57,826 bases of DNA from a virus (taxonomy: Duplodnaviria > Caudoviricetes). Both the position numbers and the translations under genes were made by a program. Below are positions 47,871 to 55,884 of the stretch, piece by piece; the first letter of the stretch is position 1; the number at the start of each line of letters is the position of its first letter. The stretch spans positions 1 through 57,826 of the IMG/VR virus record IMGVR_UViG_3300009103_000037, one strand, 5' to 3'. The notes under the pieces are model-generated. The model made no database searches and was not told the DNA's origin. It was given only the letters and a program-made list of their open reading frames with translations.

Positions 47871-48884
47871 TTATTTAATCTTTGCCACGTCATCTCCCAA
47901 ACCATCCGGCTCATCAGAGCTGTTAGTATCTAATTCTCCGCTAAGAATATCAGATATGTGTTCGCGTATCCTGCTTCTAGTTGGGCGACCAGCCTCGCCT
48001 GTATCTTTTTTATATTCGGCGTGCTCCCACTCAACACCTGCATCTTTTAAAAACTCATTTGCCTCAATTATCATTTCAGTATGAGTAGTTACTTTCCCCT
48101 TTGTTCCTTTTACGAAAGATATCCATCTTCGTCCCGGCTCATTGTTGTTTATAATAAACTTCGAAATAACTTTGCCAAGCTTTCGTATAACCTCGCTATA
48201 CGCCTCTTTGTCAAATGGTACAGAGAATTTTTCTCCAACTAATTTATCCCAATCTTTCGTGTGCATACCGCTCGCTCTCTGAGAAGGGTCTTTGAAAAGT
48301 CCAGGCACATCATATCCGGGGAAGCTCTCCCACATATCCTCAGGAACAATTCCTAATGGCTCAGATATTGTCACCCAATAAGCGAGTTTTTCTTTTTCGT
48401 TTAATCGATCCTTAATATCACTATAGGCCTTATAATACTGTCCAGAGCCAGGACAGCTCTCCCCCCAAGGCTTTGAGGCTGCACATGGAACTAAAATAAT
48501 ATGCTTATACTTTTCTGGAATCACAAAGTCTTCTATTTCCTCAAACCAAGCTTGTATTTTTGGATTTTTTAGTAAATCTAAAACCTCTCCTGGAGTATAA
48601 GCGGTTAACTCTGGGTCGTATTTAAAATCCCCTGTTTCTTTATAGCTTGAGCTAGGCTTTTTGCTCACAAGGTGAGGCCGCAAGATATTGTCGTAAGTGT
48701 CTTGATCTATATAAGGAAAGCTGCTCCCTTCCTTTTCCTTACCCCACTGATCAGCCTCCCATTGGGATACAGGCGCAGCCTGTTTTAATATCAAGTCAGC
48801 TTGATCCGCAAGAGAGTATAATCCACCACTATCTAGCTCATTGGCTATCAAGATTAATTCTTTAATGGACCTCAGATTCATCAT
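47871..48884 (-). CDS. Targeting-motif + DUF5591/archaeosine-synthase-like domain
   Basis: IKELILIANELDSGGLYSLADQADLILKQA; ILVPCAASKPW, ISEPLGIVP and YDVPG. Confidence 0.7.
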   Translation of the reverse strand: MMNLRSIKELILIANELDSGGLYSLADQADLILKQAAPVSQWEADQWGKEKEGSSFPYIDQDTYDNILRPHLVSKKPSSSYKETGDFKYDPELTAYTPGEVLDLLKNPKIQAWFEEIEDFVIPEKYKHIILVPCAASKPWGESCPGSGQYYKAYSDIKDRLNEKEKLAYWVTISEPLGIVPEDMWESFPGYDVPGLFKDPSQRASGMHTKDWDKLVGEKFSVPFDKEAYSEVIRKLGKVISKFIINNNEPGRRWISFVKGTKGKVTTHTEMIIEANEFLKDAGVEWEHAEYKKDTGEAGRPTRSRIREHISDILSGELDTNSSDEPDGLGDDVAKIK

Positions 48885-49453
48885 ATTCCAATCTCATGCT
48901 CTTGATCTATCAAATAGTGCTTCACAGCTTTTGCTATAAACAAAAAATCTTCACCATAGTCAGGGTCATCTGCCGCCTCACCTTCTACCTCTGCTGCGGA
49001 TATAACATCTCTAGTAAGCTGCTTAATATCAGAATCTCCTATGTCATGGTATAGGTCTGAAAGCTTATTTGGAAGCACCTCTATCATATACTCTGCCAGC
49101 GTTTCATTTCCGTGAAAAGCATAGCCCGAAAGATCGTGCTGCCCCCCAGCATCATATATCTTTGAATTGGGAGACAAATTCTTTAGAACAAACTCTTGAA
49201 TCATATTGCTTCTTCTTTCGTCTCTTTTGTCTTCAAAGCTAACAACCTCTCCAAGTCGCTCTGGCTCATCAAGTGTGTCGCTCTTTGGCTCTAACTTAGG
49301 CCTTAAAACTTTAGCTCTTTCTTCAAAATTAATAATATCAGCTGCAAGTTTGTCTAAAGCATTTGCTTCTTTCAAAAGCCCTCGGCTATCCAGCTCTGCC
49401 GCTATTGACACCAACTCTTTTATATGTTTATTCTTCATGTGATATTCCTGCAT
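48881..49453 (-). CDS. Acidic protein with N-terminal targeting-like motif
   Basis: IKELVSIAAELDSRGLLKEANALDKLAA. Confidence 0.75.
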   Translation of the reverse strand: MQEYHMKNKHIKELVSIAAELDSRGLLKEANALDKLAADIINFEERAKVLRPKLEPKSDTLDEPERLGEVVSFEDKRDERRSNMIQEFVLKNLSPNSKIYDAGGQHDLSGYAFHGNETLAEYMIEVLPNKLSDLYHDIGDSDIKQLTRDVISAAEVEGEAADDPDYGEDFLFIAKAVKHYLIDQEHEIGI

Positions 49454-49486
49454 ATATTGAGCCAGACTGCCCTAAACTCCAGCTAC

Positions 49487-49502
49487 TATTAGTATACTAA
49501 TA
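49487..49502. promoter_or_regulatory. Palindromic double TACTAATA box (bidirectional putative late promoter)
   Basis: Perfect 16-bp palindrome TATTAGTATACTAATA between divergent genes 49453(-) and 49529(+). Confidence 0.65.
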
Positions 49503-49528
49503 ATTACTATAAGTGAAGGGAGTCTGAT

Positions 49529-49942
49529 ATGAAAAAGATCGCCGCAGATAGAAATTATAGAATATTTAGAAAAAAAGCTAACCTTATATCAAAGACAGCA
49601 ACAGCTGTTTCTTATGAAGAACATATGAAAGATGGTTATCAGGTGTCTTCGTCTTCAAAGCTAGACCCTGAGATAGAGAGGATCGATATAACTAAAGACG
49701 ACGATGGAGTCATAACTCTGTCAGCTGATATTGCCGCCATTGTGTCGAGAAATATCAATAAAGCCGGACCTCTTCTCTCAGAGATAGCAGAACAACTGGA
49801 TAGAGCGTTGGCCTTTGAAACAGCCTACTATGTGCTCGACCCCAGACTAATTTCGTTAATAAACAATCTTGAAGAAGCTAATGAAAAACTATTTAATGCA
49901 GGAATGCAAGCAAATCATTTGCGAGATGGAACCGGAGATTAA
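49529..49942 (+). CDS. Hypothetical protein with repeated K-x-A N-terminus
   Basis: MKKIAADRNYRIFRKKANLISKTATA; GGGAG SD. Confidence 0.7.
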   Translation: MKKIAADRNYRIFRKKANLISKTATAVSYEEHMKDGYQVSSSSKLDPEIERIDITKDDDGVITLSADIAAIVSRNINKAGPLLSEIAEQLDRALAFETAYYVLDPRLISLINNLEEANEKLFNAGMQANHLRDGTGD

Positions 49943-50776
49943 GTGCTTTCAAAGAGAGCCAGAGCAATTGCCAAGAAAATAGATGCGAGAAAGACGCTTC
50001 TTAGTCTAGGCTTTGAGGAAACGGAAGGCTCAAGACATACGGAGTACACTCTGTATGATCAAGATACTGGCAACCAGATTGCCTATACAGCTATAAGCAG
50101 ATCAAGCAAGATTGACTTTCTTAAGTCTGATGAGTTAAAGAGCTTAAGAAAAGCGCTGAAGACCATAGGTAGAGAAGATTTATATTTTGGACTGATTGGT
50201 GCTCCAAAGAAAAAGAAAAAGAAAAAGATAATTGAGGAGGTTCCATTTTTTTCGGCATGGGCAAACGGCGTAGAGAAAAGTCTAAAGAGATTGTCTTTCG
50301 ATAGATTCACGACGAATACAGAGGAAGCTCTATATGATTTATATGTCGAGCCAGCCCTCAAAGATGATCCAACGCTAGATTCCGAAAGCTTCCGAGAAGA
50401 GTTAAAGCATTTAATTAATCTTATATCTAACAATGAAAATCATCATATTTCTAAGTTAAGTACAGCAGATATTTTATTTGGGATAATGATGGTCAGCTCC
50501 TATCGAGATAAAGTGTCGATTGAGGATATTTTAAATGATATTGGAGCACCACTTAATCTGGAGACAGACGCTTATAAACATCTTGAAAAATTACAAAACA
50601 GAGGATGGGCTTCTGCTGGCGATGAGATTGCTTTGACCGAAGAAGGAATAGAGGCTTCTGCATCATACCCTTTCTCTCAAAAGCTTCTTAAGCTGTCTAA
50701 ATGGATGAAAGATTCCGGCCTTAACAAAGAGGCTGTGTTAGTATTAAGGCTGTCTCATATTAAAGCTAATAGCTAA
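49943..50776 (+). CDS. HicA-like N-terminus + winged-helix-like region + C-terminal targeting-like motif
   Basis: LLSLGFEETEGSRHTEY; YKHLEKLQNRGW...LTEEG; QKLLKLSKWMKDSGLNKEAVLVLRLSHIKA. Confidence 0.65.
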   Translation: MLSKRARAIAKKIDARKTLLSLGFEETEGSRHTEYTLYDQDTGNQIAYTAISRSSKIDFLKSDELKSLRKALKTIGREDLYFGLIGAPKKKKKKKIIEEVPFFSAWANGVEKSLKRLSFDRFTTNTEEALYDLYVEPALKDDPTLDSESFREELKHLINLISNNENHHISKLSTADILFGIMMVSSYRDKVSIEDILNDIGAPLNLETDAYKHLEKLQNRGWASAGDEIALTEEGIEASASYPFSQKLLKLSKWMKDSGLNKEAVLVLRLSHIKANS

Positions 50777-51767
50777 AGCCCTTTATATCTTCGTCGTCTA
50801 AGGGAGTATCTTCAATAGACTCTTCTTCCCCTTCTTCTTTCTCTTCTAAAAACGCCTTGTCAGCTATAATCTTGGCGAGCATTTTTCTTCCCTCATTATT
50901 AGGGTGAATTCCATCCTTTGTATACTCTTTGCTCATCTCATACTTGGAAGGATCTTCTGAGCGCATTTGGCTTCCTTCGATCACAACATCAACATCAGGA
51001 CTGCTTTCTATCCAAGCATTAACAGCGTCTGTTATATGTTCCTTTCCTCTGCTACTCTTTCTTGCGTGCCAAGGAAGTATCTTTACCGCAATCACTCTTG
51101 CTCCAGCTTCTTTCGCCTCTCTATACATAGATTGAAGGTTTCCTGTTATATGCCCAACACTTTTGCCGGACCCTATATCGTTTACTCCGGCTAAGATAAT
51201 AATATCATCGGGCCGCTCTTTTAACTTCTTTAGCTCACTAGTCAACTTCCTGGCTATAAAGGCAGTCTGCTTCCCTCCGTATCCTAATGTAATAACTCTT
51301 GAGCCTTTAACTCTTTTTTGCAAACTGTCAGTATAGGGAACTTTCTGCCAACTATTGGCAGTTATTGAGTCTCCAATGGCGATTATTATTCTTTTCTTTG
51401 CGGCTCGTTTTGGCTCTCCCGCCACCAATAAGCTATATTCGCCTTTGGTCAAAAAGCCCGTTTCTTGCAAATTATTATGACTTTGAAACTCTTTGATTGC
51501 TGCTTCAGTTTGTCTTCCAAACAAGCCATCTGCACCAGCCTCCATGTGGTATCCGTACTCAAGAAGCTTCTCTTGCGCCGCCAGAATAAGAGCTTTCTTA
51601 TTCTTGTCTCCCTTGTAAATAGGGAACGCATTAAGACTAGAAGCTACCCTTACAATTCTGTCTAAAGTATCAGCTTCGGCAATAAGCTTTCTATCATCCA
51701 ACTCATTTGCTAAAGCTGCAAGTGGCACTAATATATTTAAAAGCTCTTTGGTCATTTCCATTCCCAT
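50766..51767 (-). CDS. Targeting-motif + peptidoglycan-binding + SGNH/GDSL hydrolase
   Basis: LAALANELDDRKLIAEADTLDRIVRVA; ADGLFGRQTEAAIKEFQ; GDSIT, AGVND and DGIHPN. Confidence 0.85.
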   Translation of the reverse strand: MGMEMTKELLNILVPLAALANELDDRKLIAEADTLDRIVRVASSLNAFPIYKGDKNKKALILAAQEKLLEYGYHMEAGADGLFGRQTEAAIKEFQSHNNLQETGFLTKGEYSLLVAGEPKRAAKKRIIIAIGDSITANSWQKVPYTDSLQKRVKGSRVITLGYGGKQTAFIARKLTSELKKLKERPDDIIILAGVNDIGSGKSVGHITGNLQSMYREAKEAGARVIAVKILPWHARKSSRGKEHITDAVNAWIESSPDVDVVIEGSQMRSEDPSKYEMSKEYTKDGIHPNNEGRKMLAKIIADKAFLEEKEEGEEESIEDTPLDDEDIKGFSY

Positions 51768-51824
51768 AAAATATATTCGTAATATTAGTAACTATACTTC
51801 GTTGCTCTTACGGATCTTAGGGGT

Positions 51825-53720
51825 CCACGCTCGGCCATCATTTAGTTTGTTTGTGTTTGAGCGAAAATTTTTTCTATACTGCATCAAGCAGCTTCCTTAG
51901 CCCATTAATGGCTTCTGCATCGAATCGTTCTACCATCCCCGCTATTTGCGCTAGATCTGTTCCGTGATCAACAACTCTTTTTGCAAGCTTAAATTTATCA
52001 GGAAACTGCTGAAGCCAAACAAAGGCCATTAAGAGATCTGCTGGAGATCCATCTGGAGATCCATCGTTCGCCCTTAGAAGATGATCACCGAGCCGTTTAG
52101 TCTCAGGTTTTCCAAAGAAACTTCGATCCTTTTTTAAGTGGTTAAATAATTCAAGAGCGCCATTATTACGAGTAGCTGACTTAATAGACCTAAGCCTAGT
52201 TGCTATTTCTCCAAATTCTTCAAGATAAACATCCCCCTTCAATACGCCTTTATTAACGGCTTTATGTATAGCATCTGCCGCAGGCACACCCTTTATTCCT
52301 GACCATGATCTATCTGGAATTATATTTTTATCAAAGTATTCCCTAGCCTCAGGAGAATCGTCTGGAAATAAACTATCATCCGGCTTCCTTGGTCTATCTG
52401 GAATAGACTCAGATAAATATCTGGTTCGAGCCTTCCCGCTGTCGAACCTTCCTATATTTTTAACCTTATGATAAGCTGCCCCTATTATTTCATCTAAGTT
52501 ATGACCTATTTCGTGATAAACTGTATTATGAATCGCAGTCAATAGATGCTCGGATGAATTATTGTTTACCAAAGCTGGAAGGTTTAGCATAACTTTATTA
52601 GACTTAGGATAATAAGTGCCCATACTGGTTGCAATCCCGTCACCAGCATCACCATATAATCTTAAAGCATTATCTATGTTATCCACATATCCTATGGATA
52701 TGCGCGAAATATTTGAAGATACCTCCTTTTCTATTGTAGAGTAAGCTTCATCGCTTAGGTCGGGAAATAAGTGTCGAATCTTATTAGATACTTGGGGGCC
52801 TAACTCTGGTGAACGAATTAATGCTTTCCTAGCCACTACTGGAATTGACTCTTTTAGTTTATCAATAAATTCTGGCGTTAACTTTTCCCAGGACCCTCTG
52901 ACAGAAGACAAAGCCTTGGTCGCTTCCTCGCTGAGACTTTTTACCGAAGAACTTGCGTTAGATATATAAGCGCCAACTCCCTCAACTATCTCATCAATCT
53001 GTGCTTTCACAGCGTCAAGAGCATCCGGGGAAATATTCCTGGCATACTCGTCTGGAATTGATTTCTCTAGTTTATTAAGAGCTTCTACAAACTGACCATA
53101 AGCTGCATCAGCAGCACCTTCTAGCTTTTCAATAGATACGCCTGATGCTCTAGCTGCATCACCAAGAGCCTCTATAGCTTCTGGTGCATTTTTAAATCGT
53201 TTAACAAGAGTTGCCCCAATGCCAACGAAAGGAACTATGGCAAGCACTGATAACGCCGCTTCAAAGTATTTTTTTCTAACGGTATAAATTATAGCATTTA
53301 CAATATCAGCAGGCTCTCCTATTCCAGGCAGTAATCCCGTTATATCAAGAGCAATCTGTGCATTGTCTATGGTTACAGCGTCAGTTAATGGTGTTTTGTC
53401 AGACTCATTAAGCCGCTGGTTATAAGAAGCAGGGAATAAAGGGCCATCGACTCCAAGCATTTCTGTTTGTGCTATCTTCCTAATCTCAATAGCCGACCCG
53501 CTATGACCGTTGGCCTCAAGGTATGACGCTAAAGTTATAAGCCTATTTATAGTACGATCATTCATCCCAAATCCTTATTATCTTGATCTTAAATATTAAT
53601 AGCCCCAACGGTCGCCGCCCACGCTCTTAGTTGGTTTTTGTTCGACGCAAAAATTTTTTTAAATCAACCCTCGCGCCTTTCTTTTGTTTGCTTTAGTTAT
53701 GTTTGACGCGAAAATTTTTT
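51825..53720. repeat. Dispersed direct repeats GTTYGA(C)GCRAAAATTTTTT (51855, 53640, 53701)
   Basis: Three near-identical copies, each preceded by TTAGTT; the first two also share CCACGCTC (51825, 53619). Confidence 0.65.
51874..53565 (-). CDS. Targeting-motif + pre-toxin(TG)-like segment + HExxH zinc metalloprotease
   Basis: NRLITLASYLEANGHSGSAIEIRKIA; ALDITGLLPGIGEPADIVNAIIY; VYHEIGH. Confidence 0.78.
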   Translation of the reverse strand: MNDRTINRLITLASYLEANGHSGSAIEIRKIAQTEMLGVDGPLFPASYNQRLNESDKTPLTDAVTIDNAQIALDITGLLPGIGEPADIVNAIIYTVRKKYFEAALSVLAIVPFVGIGATLVKRFKNAPEAIEALGDAARASGVSIEKLEGAADAAYGQFVEALNKLEKSIPDEYARNISPDALDAVKAQIDEIVEGVGAYISNASSSVKSLSEEATKALSSVRGSWEKLTPEFIDKLKESIPVVARKALIRSPELGPQVSNKIRHLFPDLSDEAYSTIEKEVSSNISRISIGYVDNIDNALRLYGDAGDGIATSMGTYYPKSNKVMLNLPALVNNNSSEHLLTAIHNTVYHEIGHNLDEIIGAAYHKVKNIGRFDSGKARTRYLSESIPDRPRKPDDSLFPDDSPEAREYFDKNIIPDRSWSGIKGVPAADAIHKAVNKGVLKGDVYLEEFGEIATRLRSIKSATRNNGALELFNHLKKDRSFFGKPETKRLGDHLLRANDGSPDGSPADLLMAFVWLQQFPDKFKLAKRVVDHGTDLAQIAGMVERFDAEAINGLRKLLDAV

Positions 53721-53770
53721 GAGAGGTTAGTGTGCTTGACTAGCAAAGCTAGTCTGGTCTGCTTAAGGTC

Positions 53771-54319
53771 TTAGAATTCGTTTCGATACATATCATATAT
53801 ATCTTGTTGCCTGTTCGCATGATCGTATTCTTGTTGTTCAAAAGCAGACATTTCATCATAGTGCGCCCACTCTCTCTCTTGAGCTATCTCTTTTCTTCTG
53901 TGACCAGCTGAATCACGTTTCTGCATAATGCTTTTTAGCTCCTCTAGGATGGCGCTAATGTCATCTAAACTATCTGCCCTAGAAACCTTCTGCTTCATCT
54001 CTTCTGCAATATTATCATAATAAGTTTCTTCGACCCGAAACTTTGACAGTCTCCATGAGTCAATCTTATCTCTAAACCACGGGTCTTCTTCGTACTGATC
54101 CATTTCATTATCGAACTCATCCTTGTCCCATTCAGGCATTGGATTCTCTTCTTCCCACTCTGAAGGGCTTAAGACTCTCTCTTCTGTGGTGCGATTGATT
54201 CTGTGGTCAAATATTTCATCAGCAGAAAGTTTATTTATAACCTCATCTAATACATCGGCTTCCTTGGTTAAGCCTTTCTCGTCTAAACTGTTTGCTGCTT
54301 GGATTAATCTTTTTAACAT
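53771..54319 (-). CDS. Acidic protein with N-terminal targeting-like motif
   Basis: MLKRLIQAANSLDEKGLTKEADVLDEVINKLS; TATTAATA at 54350-54357. Confidence 0.78.
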   Translation of the reverse strand: MLKRLIQAANSLDEKGLTKEADVLDEVINKLSADEIFDHRINRTTEERVLSPSEWEEENPMPEWDKDEFDNEMDQYEEDPWFRDKIDSWRLSKFRVEETYYDNIAEEMKQKVSRADSLDDISAILEELKSIMQKRDSAGHRRKEIAQEREWAHYDEMSAFEQQEYDHANRQQDIYDMYRNEF

Positions 54320-54371
54320 AATATCCCCTTAGTTAATATATTTTTAATTTATTAATATATTCTACTTGCTT

Positions 54372-54821
54372 CTATGAGCACCCTCTATTGTCTCGTAAGT
54401 AATCATCCTCTATTATCTCGTAAGCAGTCTCTACTCGATCAGATGACTCTATAACTACTGAGTCCTCCAAGGCTGTTAGCCTATAAGGGCATCCAGAGGG
54501 TACTGATAAAGCTTGCTTAGGGTTTAACTCTGTTGTTACCATACGGCTAGGGTCTGTGGTCTTGTGGTCCCCATACATAACCTCTAGCTTTCCTGATACT
54601 AAATAAAAAGATTCGTTCTTTACTTGGTACTTCTTGAGGGATGTTCTATGTCCCTTTTTAATATTTATTATTTTACAGTGTGACACTGTACTTGTTGTAG
54701 CCCATGTAGTCTCTAGCCCCCACGGTTTATCTGTTGTTATTACGTCGCTTATCCAAGGGACTTTGATCTCATAGCCCATGTCTTTCCTTACTTTATTTAT
54801 TTTATATTTGTACCTTAACAA
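54372..54821 (-). CDS. Cupin (mannose-6-phosphate isomerase type II C-terminal-like)
   Basis: DKPWGLE, TSL....KNESFYLVSG and PYRLTALEDSVVIE. Confidence 0.7.
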   Translation of the reverse strand: MLRYKYKINKVRKDMGYEIKVPWISDVITTDKPWGLETTWATTSTVSHCKIINIKKGHRTSLKKYQVKNESFYLVSGKLEVMYGDHKTTDPSRMVTTELNPKQALSVPSGCPYRLTALEDSVVIESSDRVETAYEIIEDDYLRDNRGCS

Positions 54822-54911
54822 ACGTCCCGAAACTTAATTAACTGAAATTACTCTCATCTGATCTAATGCCCTAAAAAAATTAATTATTTATAATATACGA
54901 TTTAGGGGGCC

Positions 54912-55319
54912 TTACTCTTCATCTATCAGGGCTTGAGCCTCTTCTTCTGAAAGGTCAGTGGTATAGCCCTGTGAAACCTCTCCTTCTAGCGACCCATAGG
55001 GAGCCATATTAAAGTTTTTTATGCTTTCTGCAAACCTTTCTATAAGCTTCTTTGTTTGAAACTTAGCGTCTTCATAAAACTCATCCTTCATACCTTGATC
55101 CATTTCAAGATATTTTTCATCCTCACGACCAGCCAGCTCGAAAGCTTGTTTATATACCAAGCTAGCAATCTTCGCTAGTATCGCATTATCTTCATCGTAC
55201 CGAATCATCTCATACATCGAAGGCATAGCGGCCTTCATAATCTCATCCAAGATAGCAGCCTCTTCAACTAAGCCTCTCTGATCTAACTCATTCGCTAATT
55301 TAATTAATTCTTTTATCAT
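54912..55319 (-). CDS. Acidic protein with N-terminal targeting-like motif
   Basis: MIKELIKLANELDQRGLVEEAAILDEIMKAA; TACTAATA at 55376-55383. Confidence 0.8.
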   Translation of the reverse strand: MIKELIKLANELDQRGLVEEAAILDEIMKAAMPSMYEMIRYDEDNAILAKIASLVYKQAFELAGREDEKYLEMDQGMKDEFYEDAKFQTKKLIERFAESIKNFNMAPYGSLEGEVSQGYTTDLSEEEAQALIDEE

Positions 55320-55631
55320 TTTTATATCCTTTGGGTTCTAAGTCCTTAACAACCAAGTCCTGCCTTTTTATTTAATATTAGTATGTGTGCGTGCGCATGG
55401 GGCCTGTGCATCTTTTGCGTGTGCGTGTGTAATCATCAGTGTGCGTGTGCGTGAGCCTCTATCCTTACTGATCTAGGCAACCTCAGTTCTTATACAAAAG
55501 TCTGAAAAAATTTCCAGCGGAAAAATTTAGAAAACCGTTTTTTCTTATATAAAAGGTCCAAAAAATGGTCAGTGAGAAAAACTACGCTACGCCGTTTTTT
55601 ACCGATTTCTACAGAAAACTCAAGAATTTTG

Positions 55632-55750
55632 CACGAAAAAAAAGGTCTTTTGCTCTCAGAAAAAAAGGGTCTTTGATTTCCAGGAAAAAAGGCTTTTTTA
55701 CCCCAGAAAAATGTTGCTTTGTATCTCACGGAGAAAAAAGTCTTATGCCT
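55632..55750. repeat. Degenerate 23-25-bp tandem repeat (CA.GAAAAA..G.CTT), 5 copies
   Basis: Units begin at 55632, 55657, 55681, 55704 and 55727 in a non-coding A-tract region. Confidence 0.6.
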
Positions 55751-55817
55751 CTAAAGAAAATAATAAAATATCCTGCGGATTTTAAGCGACCTTACTCTAT
55801 ATGTATATAAAAATAAA

Positions 55818-55851
55818 AAAACCAGCGTAGCTTTATGGGCTAGGCTGGTTT
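55818..55851 (-). terminator. Intrinsic terminator
   Basis: AAACCAGCCTAGC...GCTACGCTGGTTT followed by T-run, downstream of 55885-56445. Confidence 0.7.
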
Positions 55852-55884
55852 AGTGAGGCTACCCTCTGTATATATTCTATTTAT

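Noticed and set aside
55632-55750. CRISPR array
   Set aside because: The units are degenerate, contiguous and 23-25 bp with no unique spacers; no cas genes are present.
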